DNA from: Octopus sinensis
Taxonomy: Eukaryota
Direction of reading: 5' to 3'
Assembly (NCBI RefSeq): GCF_006345805.1
Contig: NC_042998.1
Location: forward strand, 66,588,001 to 66,652,000
DNA: 64,000 nucleotides
The first letter of the stretch is position 1. Each line of letters begins with the position of its first letter. Position numbers and translations under genes: made by a program. The notes below the pieces were generated by a model. It did not search any database, had not been told where the DNA came from, and was given only the letters and a program-made list of their open reading frames with translations. This document shows positions 14,295 to 26,089 of this stretch, piece by piece.

Positions 14295-14508
14295 CGGCGA
14301 CCTGGCAGGCTCATCAGCACGTTGAGCAAAATGCTTAGCGATATTTCGTCCGTCTTTACCTTCTGATTTCACATTAACACATACGTAGACGTTGTATTGT
14401 ATCCTTTTGGATTCGTTGAAGTCAAGCACTGGATTCGATGCAATAGAATCGCCTCCTCGTCAAGAATTTTGGGACTTCTGGTGTCTGTAGTAGAAAGGAA
14501 TATCATTA
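14295..14508 (+). mobile_element. Degenerate SINE, family 1
   Basis: gcggcgacctggcag...aaaatgcttagcgatatttcgtccgtcttta, similar to the 3657 copy. Confidence 0.6.
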
Positions 14509-14621
14509 TTATAAATATGTTCAATTTGCTCGTCAAAAGGTGTATGCTTGTTTTTATTTTTTGATTTCTTTAGTGTGTGAAATGGATAGATACTATTATA
14601 CATTAATTTAATCTCTAAATA

Positions 14622-14883
14622 TTTTCATGGGTGAAGCCATATTCTGTCAGCAAAAATGTCAAGTTCAAAATACAGGGTTCCCGACTGTTTGACAAGTGAT
14701 TTTATCTGTGGAAGATCGGAGCCTTGTCATCGAAAGTTCTTTTCAAGTGGTTGCCTGAACTACATTGCGAAGCACTACAGATGCATATGGGTAGATTTTT
14801 TTAATCCTTATATCGTTCGATATCATTTAAATATTGGATATTTACAGGGTATTGCATGTTGCTACAATAGTCTTAACTTGGTT
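14622..14883 (+). repeat. 262-bp direct repeat, copy 1 (copy 2 at 18024-18285)
   Basis: Base-by-base comparison shows two mismatches; the near-identical ORFs at 14656 and 18058 reflect it. Confidence 0.95.
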
Positions 14884-15023
14884 TCCGCCTAAGATTAAAC
14901 TTATGGACAGCAATAGTTTAATTTAGATATAAACTCATACATATACATGAATAAGAGAATATATACGTATCAGTGTGTATGCATACATATATGCGTGTGT
15001 GTCTGTGAGAGGGAGTGTGTCAG

Positions 15024-15054
<31 letters not shown>

Positions 15055-15244
15055 GAGAGAATATATGCATGTATATTTGTATGTGTGTTAGTATATGTAT
15101 ATATATACATATATATGTATATATATGTATATATATACATATATATGTATATATATATATATACATATATATGTATATATATATATTATATATATATATG
15201 TGTGTGTGTGTGTGTATATATATATGTATAGATATATATATATA

Positions 15245-18023
15245 TGATTGATTGATTGATTGATTGATTCCAGTTTCAGCTTATGAGCTGTGGCCATGCT
15301 GGGGCACCGCCATTTGGTGTTACTACTTGGTTTCACTTCATGGAGGCTTTCTAGAAACTGCTATTTGGCGCATGAGAGAGTTCGATGCAGCTGCCCTCAT
15401 CTGCCCCTCCTGCCGTGAAGTTGGTTCATCTGGGACACCTGACAGGAAGAGATCCAGCTCCATTTTAAAGACATCTGTATCCACCCCATGCAGGTCTCTC
15501 AGGTTCATCGGGAGGATATTGAAGAGCTGTGGGCCTCGGAAGCCCAGGCTATCACAGAATCTTGTCCTACATCTTGATGGCAAGTTTGGAGTCCTAGGCA
15601 CCACGCAGTGGCGCCCAGTTCTGGCGTTTGCGTAAGTTCAGGACACTTCCCTCCAGGATCTTCCAGATGTATATTATGGCATATCTTTCCCGCCTACGCT
15701 CCAGGGAATATAATTTTAATCTCTTGAGTCTTTCCCAGTAGCTTACATTCTGCATAGAGGCTATCTTCTTCGTGTAGCTTCGTTGGATCGCCTCAAGTTC
15801 TGTGATCAACTTGACACTGGATGGTGATCATAGCTGAGAGCAATAGTCAAAGTGACTTAGGACAAGTGTCTTCCAGAGGACCATCATGGTTTCTTGTTCT
15901 CTTGTTCTAAAGGTTCTAAGAATCCATCCAGCCAGCCGTCTGCATTTCATTGTCAGTTTAGCAACATGTACATGAAAGGTCGCGTCATCACTCATGTGAA
16001 TACCCAGGTCACGCACTGATTGTGCCTCTGGGGTGCAATCCCTCCGGGTCCAGTGTATTCCTTGGGTATTGCATTCAGTTTTGCATGCTGATAGTATAAA
16101 GCTTGAAACTTTTCAGCATTGAACTGCATGCTATTCTTTTCAGCCCACTTGTATATTTCGTCCAGCTCATATTTCAGGTGCCTAGTGTCTTCAGGGTTCT
16201 GTATTGCCTGTGAAACGTTTGTATCATCTGCATAACTTGTGATCGTGGCTCTCCGCGTGGCTGAGGGCATGTCTGAGAGGGCAATTATGAACATTAGTGG
16301 TCCCAAAACAGTGCCCTGTGGAACACCGCTCACTATTTGCGTGCTAATGGAAGTGGCCCCATTGGCTACTACCACCTGACTTCTATTCTTCAGAAAGTCG
16401 TGAAGCCATTCTCCTAGTTTTCCAACTATACCAAGATCACGCAGTTTGTGACATATCATTCCATGATCGACTTTATCGAAGGCCTTTGCGAAGTCGAGAT
16501 ATATGACTTCCACATTTGAGTGGTTGAGCAGTTGTTTCAGCACCCAGTCATAGTGCTGCAGGAGCTGAGTTAAGCAGCTTCTTCCTGGTCGGAAACCATG
16601 TTGGGTGTCAGGCAGCAAGTCATTTTCTTCAAGGAAGGTGATTAGTTCCCTTCTGACTATTCGTTCCATGACCTTGCTGATGTGTGAGGTCAGAGAGATA
16701 GGTCTGTAGTTCTTGGCCTCCGCTCTGCTACCTCCTTTATGAATAGGGCATATTTTACCTTCCTTCATTTTCTTGGAAGTTTGCCAGCTGCAAGGAAGCT
16801 CTGAAAGAGGAACTGCAGTGGTCTTGCTAAGACTCTCTTACATACTTTTAGGAGGATTGCCGGGAATCCATCGGGGCCAATAGCTGAGTCTATTTTCATT
16901 TCATCTATAGCCTTTATTACATCGTCTTCCTTTATATCGATGTAATTTAACGTCGCCGCCTCTGATTCTATATCTGCAGTGGTAAAAAAGTCAGTTGGAT
17001 TGCTGATTTGGAAATGCCCAAGGGGTGGAGTGAAAACACTCTTGAATTGTTCATTCAGTATTTCACTTACCCTCATTGGTTTTCCTGTGAGTGTGCCATC
17101 CTTTTCAAGAAGTGGCCCTATCCTACAGTGCACCGTAGCAGTTTCTTTGGCATACCTGTAGAAAGCTCTGGGGTTAGTTTTTATGTTGTCTATAGCCCAG
17201 GCTTCTTTGTCTGCTCTTTCCTTCTCATGGGAGAGTTGCAGACAATTTTCAATTTCCAACAGTTTTATTTTCAGGCGGGACTTTTCACTGCTTTCAATTT
17301 GTTTGTTTAGGCGATTTGAGATTTTTGTGCGCCGTCTCATTAAAATTTTTCTCTCTCTGGGGATTTTGTTCTTGTGTACAGTGGCCTTTCTCTCTGGGAC
17401 ACATTTGTAGCATATGGCTTGCATTACAGACATGAATTGTTGAAGTATCATGTCGATGTCCGGCGAGGAGAGACATTCAGGCCAGTTTTGTTTGAGGATC
17501 TCTTTCTCAATTTGTTTCCAGTTTGCCTTATTGAAGTTCAAGCTGGAAAGATTCTGAGGGTTTCTTGTAGGCTGCATGTCCGTGCTCTCTTTTGGCCCGT
17601 ACATGGTCAGCTCTACCATGTTGTGATCCGAGAGTAGTGTCGGTGTCACTTTCACATTATGGATGAGATCCATATTATTTGTGAAGCAGAGATCCAGTGT
17701 GTTACCCGCTCTGGTTGGTTGGAGTATTACTTGCTCCATGTACAGGGTGTTGGTGAGGTTCAGGAGGGACCTCTCCTGTCCTCGTTCACATCTTGTCATT
17801 CCTGGGAGAGAAAGGCCCTCGGGCCATCTGACATTCGGTAGATTGAAGTCTCCCATGAGAAGTACACTTATGTGTTGTTCTAATGTGGTTAGAACTTCTT
17901 CTATTTTTAAAAGGCAGTCCTCAAACTTGCCCATATGACTTGGGGCATCTGGAGGGCGATATGTAGCACACACAACTACATCAAGTTGCCTTATGTGTAC
18001 AATTAGTGTGTCACACACCGAGT
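15245..18023 (-). mobile_element. CR1-group LINE, 5'-truncated, with (CAAT)n tail
   Basis: ORF 16765-18042 (YRPP, GDFN, PTRAGNTLDL, SDH: APE); ORF 15992-16768 (NYRPISLT, QHGFRPGRSC, YLDFAKAFDKV, GVPQGTVLGP, YADD: RT); C-terminal YSLERRRERY; few frameshifts. Confidence 0.93.
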
Positions 18024-18283
18024 TTTTCATGGGTGAAGCCATATTCTGTCAGCAAAAATGTCAAGTTCAAAATACAGGGTTCCCGACTGTTTGACAAGTG
18101 ATTTTATCTGTGGAAGATCGGAGCCTTGTCATCGAAAGTTCTTTTCAAGTGGTTGCCTGAACTACATTGCGAAGCACTACAGATGCATATGGGTAGATTT
18201 TTTTAATCCTTATCTCGTTCGATATCATTTAAATATTGGATATGTACAGGGTATTGCATGTTGCTACAATAGTCTTAACTTGG

Positions 18284-18285
<2 letters not shown>
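18024..18285 (+). repeat. 262-bp direct repeat, copy 2, fused to the truncated 5' end of the CR1-like LINE
   Basis: Matches 14622-14883 apart from two substitutions. Confidence 0.95.
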
Positions 18286-18325
<40 letters not shown>

Positions 18326-18364
18326 TATATATAAATATTTGTGTATCTTTGTGTATAGATAGTC

Positions 18365-18509
18365 TCTTTTACTCTTTTTTACTTGTTTCATTACTTTGAC
18401 TGTGGCCATGCTGGAGCACTGCCTTTACGAGTACGTAAAAACACCAGCATCGATTTCAGCTATGTTGAGACACACACACACACAAAAACATGGGCACACA
18501 TACACACAC

Positions 18510-18573
<64 letters not shown>

Positions 18574-18772
18574 TATAATATATATTATATATATATATAT
18601 ATATTATATATATATATATATACATATATATACATAGACGACGGTCATATTTCAGTTTCCGTGTACCAAATTCACTCGCATTTGTCGTCTCGAGGCTATA
18701 GTAGATGACACTTGCCCAAGGTGCCACGCAGTGGGACTAAACCCGGAACCATGTGGTTGGTAAGCAAGCTAC
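18365..18772 (-). mobile_element. SINE, family 2, interrupted by (CA)/(TA) repeats and clipped at the 5' end
   Basis: Reverse complement of the family-2 tail (gactgtggccatgctggagcac) and head (acttgcccaaggtgccacgcagtgggact). Confidence 0.75.
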
Positions 18773-19770
18773 TTTATTTCATCGAATTGGCCTTGAAGGT
18801 CGAACACAGATAAAGGTAACTGCGGGCTGGACAGAGACATTAATTTGTATGAAAACGACAAAGATGGAAAAAATGGGAGGGGCACCGGTGGTGGCCGCCG
18901 ACCAATAACCGCTCGATACCACTGTTTAAATTTAAATCAATATAAATCAATATTATAATAAAAAAAAATTCAAAAATTACAATTACAAATTACAAAAGTA
19001 TATTTTTCATTTTTCTCCGTCTTCCTCATCCGGACCCCCAAGTAAGTTTTCTGCCGCCTGCAACGGCAGGCCCGGACCGAGGAAAACAAAATCTTCTTTG
19101 TTACAGGTCTTCCTGAGCTCAATCAGTTCTTTCTGATTTATGACCTTCGCAGCCACCTGCGGAGGCCATCTTGGACACGTCAAGTTATATCGCTTTCGGT
19201 CAAGAAGACTGTCCAAGTATAACTCAACAGGCCATCTCTTGAGATAGAAAATAACAACCTCTTCCTCACAGAGAGAGGTCACTGCCTCCTCTGTCAGTGG
19301 CACAATTCCCACAGACAAAGCTTCTGGCTCCGGTGGCGTAGTCCCCACCGGAGGAACATCGGGTTCGGTCGGCGGTTTCAGCGACATCCATCGACCGACT
19401 CCCGTTTCTCCTCCTTTTGTTTTTTCTTCTTCTTTCGGTTGCAGGAGTCGAGGCCTCCGTTGGCACACCCGAAGGGTCCTCCTTCTCTCCCGCAACCAGC
19501 ACGGATCCTGGTGAGTAACCACCTTTGCGCACGTTTCTCTTCCTTCTCATTGAGTTCGACAACTCAACGACTTCCTCCGTTTCTCCCTGCAATGGGAGAG
19601 CGGAGGGCACCTTCCCTTTTTCCTGCTCCGGAGCCTTATCACAGCCCGGGGGCAGTCCTTCCTCCCATCGCCTGGCAAAAATGAGTAACGTTGCGATGGA
19701 CTGGCGTCCCATCCAGCTGGGGAACACATACGCCATGGAAACCGGGAAATCGGGCCCATGAGCCTGGCTA
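18772..19770 (-). mobile_element. Unclassified GC-rich insert with frameshifted ORF remnants, probably a retroelement fragment
   Basis: Sharp GC rise; overlapping minus-strand ORFs 19266-19736 and 19007-19522; T-rich UTR ending in AATAAA near 18772. No domain recognised. Confidence 0.45.
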
Positions 19771-19804
19771 GGCTTTAAAATGGCTCATTTATTTTATATG
19801 TATA

Positions 19805-19864
<60 letters not shown>

Positions 19865-21971
19865 TTCTAACTTCCTATTATTAGAGAGAGAGAGAGGGAG
19901 AGAAAGTCAGAAAGTGAAAGTAATAATAAAGGTAGAGAAGAAGTAGTAGAAGAAGAAGAAGAAGAAGAAGAAGAAGAAGAAGAGAAGAAGAAGAAGAAGA
20001 AGAAGAAGAAGAAAATATCTATGTACTTCAGGAGGAAAGAAACACTTTTTCCCTAGTTTTAAGTTCGAAAGTCCTTGTTTTCTCTCGGTCGAAGAAAAGC
20101 GAGAACAGCATCCATTTGCTATCATAAGATTCTTTACTATTACCAGAATATCCGTGGATGATCTTATTTCAGATTTATTAAGCCTCGCCAGCACAGATTA
20201 ATCCAAGATATTAATTTTTTTTTCCTATATCTTTAAACATGTCCGACTAAATTCGTTCTTAATACTTATTATATATTGATCATTCATTTTTATACTTTTT
20301 GAGATCTAGTTATATGTTTTATAAATTTTTTTTATTTGTTATTTATGTTTCGTTTTATGTCTATCACTGTTTGAGTTGTATAATAGTGGTTTTATCTCTA
20401 ACTTATATTATATATATAAATATAGATATAGATATAGATATATGATCATTAGGGTGGCTAGACGCAATTTAAAATCAAATAGGAAATAATTGATGGGCAC
20501 TAAAGTGGGTAAGTGTGCTGGGAACACCAGCATTGCTAGAAATAAGAGTCAAAATACTCTTTAGTGACAAAAAGCACATGTTCTGTGTACTGACAAGGAA
20601 AATAAAATTCCCCACAGCAAGCGAAGATATCAGATTAGCGCGCTAATTTCGTATGAATTTAATGTTCATCAGTAATACTTACTCCATTGCTGCATACATA
20701 CATGTTGTATATATAAACTACTATCAACACAAAGGATACGGGAAAAACATTCGCATCAGAACATGTATTGTTTCTGACTGACAAGTAAATCTGTGAAGTC
20801 ATAGAAGTCATCTAACCTGTTCATATGAATAGCTCGTTAAAAATCTAACAGAAGGAAGATAATTATGAAGAACTGCTCGAGATCTCCAGTTTCTATATCC
20901 AAATTATCAATTCACATTTATACCAATAATAATCGGTGCGTTTCGTTTTGAAAGTAAATACCTGTCAGGATAAGCTTGGATTTTCCGAAAGAAAAATCAA
21001 CCAACTGACTCGTGCTTTACAAATACAATTTGATGGTAACAATATGCAAGACTTTTCTCGGGTTTGAAATGTGACATTGTTTTCGTTATCTATATTTTTT
21101 GGAATGTAGATGGAGCTTGTATCTTTGTTAGAAACCAGTTCCTTCTTTTGAGGAAGAATTTAAATAGGTAAAAACAGAAGAGAACACAGTACATACAAGC
21201 ACACATTCATACATAGACACGCGCATATACGTGAATACATACACACATACACGAATATAGACATACACACACATAAATATATACATAAGTATCTATGTAC
21301 GTACGTACATACCTCAATACAACTAAATGCATGAGAGTACATTCATAAAGCAAAACATACAAATCGACAATTATACATACATATATAAAAATAAAAATAC
21401 CCTGCTTTTTATGTTGAAATTGAAATGACGGAATTTTGGATCTAGGATGGAAAGTGACTCTTTCTCTATTGGTAAGACATCTTGAAATAAAACCATATAT
21501 ACATGCATGCAGACATTCATCTAAGCATACATATAAAAATTCCGTCTACCAATATATTACCAGCATGCCGAGATTTCGAAATATTCCGTTTATGGTATGA
21601 TACGACGTTCCAAAAACTGTATTCACCTGCATAGAAAACTCATTACTCAGCATCAATAACTGAATCTCCATGTTTTTACCAAAACATAGAGCGTAACTGA
21701 AAGTGTTATCAACGGCTACATAGAAACTAAACATTAAACGAGGTAATGTATCAAAAACTTATACAAAATACCGAGGAAAAAATTAAAACTTACTTTACAA
21801 AATTTGAAAAAAAAAACAGCTCTTATGGTAAGAAGATTAAAAAGATAACGCTTCTGAAGAGGGATTAAAACAACATACATACGAAAACATATATTTACAT
21901 ACATAAAGAAATATAGGTAGCCAGAGAGACAGACAGATAGATATACAGACAGAGAGGTTGATAGCTGGATC

Positions 21972-22048
<77 letters not shown>

Positions 22049-22049
22049 C

Positions 22050-22132
<83 letters not shown>
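21972..22132. repeat. (GATA)n/(GACA)n microsatellite
   Basis: Directly visible. Confidence 0.95.
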
Positions 22133-24629
22133 TACCATCATACATGAAAGTTATGATTTTTAGTTTCTTTTTGAATAAAACCATGCAATACATTTTTCGC
22201 ATCTGAAATATTCAAATACATTTATAAACTATATAAATTACACAGTGTATGTAACAGCTAGCATAATTCCGGATAAAACCAAATATATCAGATAAAGAAC
22301 GTATCAGAGAATAAAGACAAAAAATAACGCATATAATATGAGAAACATGAGAGAATAAAACATTAACCAAGCAGACAGAAATTATCGCTATTAACAGAAA
22401 TACAATATTAGCATAACCAAATAAACAAGTTCGATGATATAATGACATATAATAAACATAGAGTAATGAATAAATCAAAAGTACAGGAAATTAAGTAAAC
22501 ATAACCAAAACGGATCAGACGAATCATAGATAAATAACGAACGTAGAATAAAATGTTTACTGAAAGTAGAAAGATATCCTGCTAGGTGGTAAATCGTAGA
22601 AAAATATAGAAATAAACCAGATTTTCGAATATGAGAAATAACGGATTATATAAGGTGAAATATGTTACGAGAGAAAGGACATTAAAAGGGGTATTTTCCC
22701 ACCAGATACCCGGAAACAAAGAGAAGTAATATTTCAGAACAAAGGATAACAGAAACATATTATGTGAAAAATCGCGGTCATACAATAGAAGTATGAAGCT
22801 GCTGGATGCGGCAAAACAATAAGATGACTTGAAAAAATGCGTTGCGCTGACTTATATCTTTTCTCTCTTCTCTGTTACTTTTTATAGGGTTTGGACCTCA
22901 GCCACGCTGCGGACCTCCTTATTTAATGGGTTTTGTCAAGTAAATCGTCCCCATTATTTTCTAAAGTTACTATTCATTCTACCACTATTATGCCAAATAA
23001 TTAAGCTACGGGAACATAATCAAAGCCATACCGATTTTCAAGCGGTGAACGGGAAAAAGACGGCAGGATACGCACAGAAACATATATATGTTTGTGTGTA
23101 TGTGTACGTATATGTGAGTACGTATGTATACGTGTTTCTTTCAGTTTTTATCTATCAAATTCATTCGTAAGGCACTGATCTGCACGGGGTTATATTAAAA
23201 GACCCTCGTGCGCGCTGTATGGCTCAATCCGATATCAAGTTTCTTAACCCCATAGACTGTCTAAAATTATTTACCATTCACAATTTGAGTATTCGACTTT
23301 CCACGTATGTTTGAAAATTCAAAGCTCACTGGGTTGAACGGATAATAAAATAGATGCTTTTAAAATAAACAAAAGGTTTATTTCCATATTCCTTTTAACC
23401 TTTCGTTTTCAGAGCCAGCATTATTATTTTGTGAATGTAATTGTTTCGCAAGTGATTTCATGTGAGACTGTGTTTTGACACTGAAGCAATTACGTATTGA
23501 ACCGGCGAACTAAAAACAACCAAATTATTAAACTCATTTTTGAATTAGTTATAGTTGAAATGTTGTAATGACGAGTTCTCTGTGGTTCGATGAAAATTTT
23601 GGCACCTCAAGGAATAAATAAACAGAAAACTTTACATTGATTTGTGTTTTTGTTGAGGTTGTTTTGATATTGTTGATGTACTTTAGACAAAGTCAGCAAT
23701 GGCCGGCTAGTTCCATGATCGAAGTCTTTTCAGTCGTAATCATCATAGTTCAGTTTAAGAATATATTGTTTAATGTGCCCATTCTTCGCATTTTGGAAAA
23801 CTAGGCAAGGATTTCATTAAAAGTTCAGTCCAATTCCCAGTCCAGTTCTCTATTTAATTGTAACAGTATTCAGAACAGAATGGGTGATTATTGTAGTTTA
23901 CTCATACTGTGCCCTGACTCAAGAGACGTATGGTCAAATCAGATCAAACTTCACTGTTGTGCCCTCTCTCCATATACAGGGAACTGAAGACCACGTTATT
24001 TAACACAAATGTTTCTGAGAATTGTTTCAACATTTTGGAAGTGAAAGCTTATTTTCATTTAGGTCAACACTAAATCCCAGAAGACTTTTATATTCATATA
24101 TATTCCAGCCGTCACCAATTCAGAGTATGTACCGCTACATAAAATGTTCTTTCTCTGCTTACGAAGTAAACCTGTATTTCCAGGGAAATTTTGCTTTTAT
24201 TTCTAAGAGTTAGAATTACAGCATTATGTTAATTCATTGCGGCCTCTTCAGAGATTCATGAATAAAGAGAAGATTTAGTGGAATGTCCGGCAGAAGTACA
24301 CATATAGCCTCTATGCAGGCGCAAGTCCTGATTGAAAATGAAAGGTTCTTCTACTTGAAGCAGCTGCAAATGAGATGTGTTACACAATGATACGCTAAAT
24401 ATGTCTATTTTACTTTAGCTTTCATAGAACCTGAGTTTCATTAGGTGCTTCCGTGCCATTAACAGCTAAATAGTTTAGTGGTGTTATTCCTCAAGTAAGA
24501 GTACATTAGTTCATCATCAGGTTAATGATCAGACATATTTCCCTGCCTTGAGCAATATTTGTAAAGATAAGTGAAGTATAGTAGAATGTGCCCATAAACG
24601 TCTATTTTATTTATTTCGATTATGTCCAA

Positions 24630-24882
24630 AACTGCGTGTACTCCATCCCATGCAGCTGTGGTAGTTTATACAGTGGCGAAACATGCTGCCCCCTCAAAAT
24701 AAAGGTAGAGGGAACATCGTAAAGCTGTAACACGAGGAGATATAAATCGGTTATAGCTGATCATGCATGGAAAAATGGAGATCATCTTCCCCTGTGGGAT
24801 GAAGTTTGAATAATAGACAGAGAACACCCCTGGAAAATACGAAAACTAAATGAAGCAGCAAATATGCTAAGACACAACAACC
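24630..24882 (+). mobile_element. Penelope-like GIY-YIG C-terminal remnant
   Basis: Hand translation across frameshifts: VYSIPCSCGSLYSGETCCPLKIKV.EHRKAVTRG..IADHAWKNGDHLPLWDEV*IIDREHPWKIRKLNEA. Confidence 0.8.
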
Positions 24883-24975
<93 letters not shown>

Positions 24976-25150
24976 GGAGAAGGCGGCTGGACGTGACGGA
25001 GAAGGCGGCTGGACGTGACGGAGAAGGCGGCTGGACGTGACGGAGAAGGCGGCTGGACGTGACCGAGAAGGCGGCTGGACGTGACGAGAAGGCGGCTGGA
25101 CGTGACGGAGAAGGCGGCTGGACGTGACGGAGAAGGCGGCTGGACGTGAC
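24976..25150 (+). repeat. GC-rich minisatellite, 8 x 22 bp (GGAGAAGGCGGCTGGACGTGAC)
   Basis: Eight near-perfect units (one is 21 bp) starting directly after an (AAT)n tract. Confidence 0.95.
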
Positions 25151-26089
25151 AGAGGATGGACGTATTTTTACGATGCTCTGAACTGGCAACAGCGAACCCA
25201 GCAGGTCAACTGTAGAAAACTGGAAGATCTACTGTTTACTGTAAGTAATTTGAATTACCCTCAAAATAAGTAAAAAAAAAAAACTTACATATCTACAGCT
25301 CATACAAACGTACACCTAACAAGAAAAATTAGAAACATAATATCTCCAATTCTGTGTGAACATTTACATTTAGTCGTCTCTCATGACTATAAGAATGTGT
25401 AAAATTGCCTTTTAAATTACCTTTTATTGTAACAACACAATTAAATGCACGATAAAAAGTTATGGAATTAAGCACCTACTACTATATACATACAACTGAA
25501 TTCAGAAATTTGAAAATATATACATAACATTGAACTCAGAAAGTTATTTAAAAAAAGAAAAAAAAATCTTCGACGAAAACATCAGATATGTGTGAGTGAA
25601 TATACATATATATACATATACATATGCATGTGGTGAAGAAGAAAAGAGAAAGGAAAAAAAATAAATAAATAAATAAATAAACGTAAACAGGTTTGACCTT
25701 TTACTGACCATTAACGTCCTTTGTCTCCACCATCTACCGTAGCTATTTATAGACCCAAAGAACATGAATTCTTTAACCACCCATTCTCCAACACAATGGA
25801 GTGTTGATGGTGGCTGTGGGTACACATAAAACAATGTCATTGAAGATGATGATGGTGATGGTGATGTTGCTGATGATGGTGATGGTGGTGAAGATGATAG
25901 TAATAACAATAATAACTGACAGATCCCGTCTTTTTCCCTTTCTTTTCGTTTCCTCCTCCGTATTTTATTCTCATTATTTCGAACTAATACAGACACAGTA
26001 AGCCTTGAAGAAAGGAAGAGGAGGAAAGGAAAAAAAAAAAAAATGTCCGGAGATAAAACTATCAACAAAAAAAATACAGACGAATATAG

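Noticed and set aside
24976-25150. CRISPR-like array
   Set aside because: The repeats are directly adjacent with no spacers, and the context is eukaryotic.
25241-25998. Possible intron in the Dong 5' region (GTAAGT ... CTAAT ACAG)
   Set aside because: The pyrimidine tract precedes the branch-like motif, which is too close to the AG; it is also unproven that this stretch belongs to the element.
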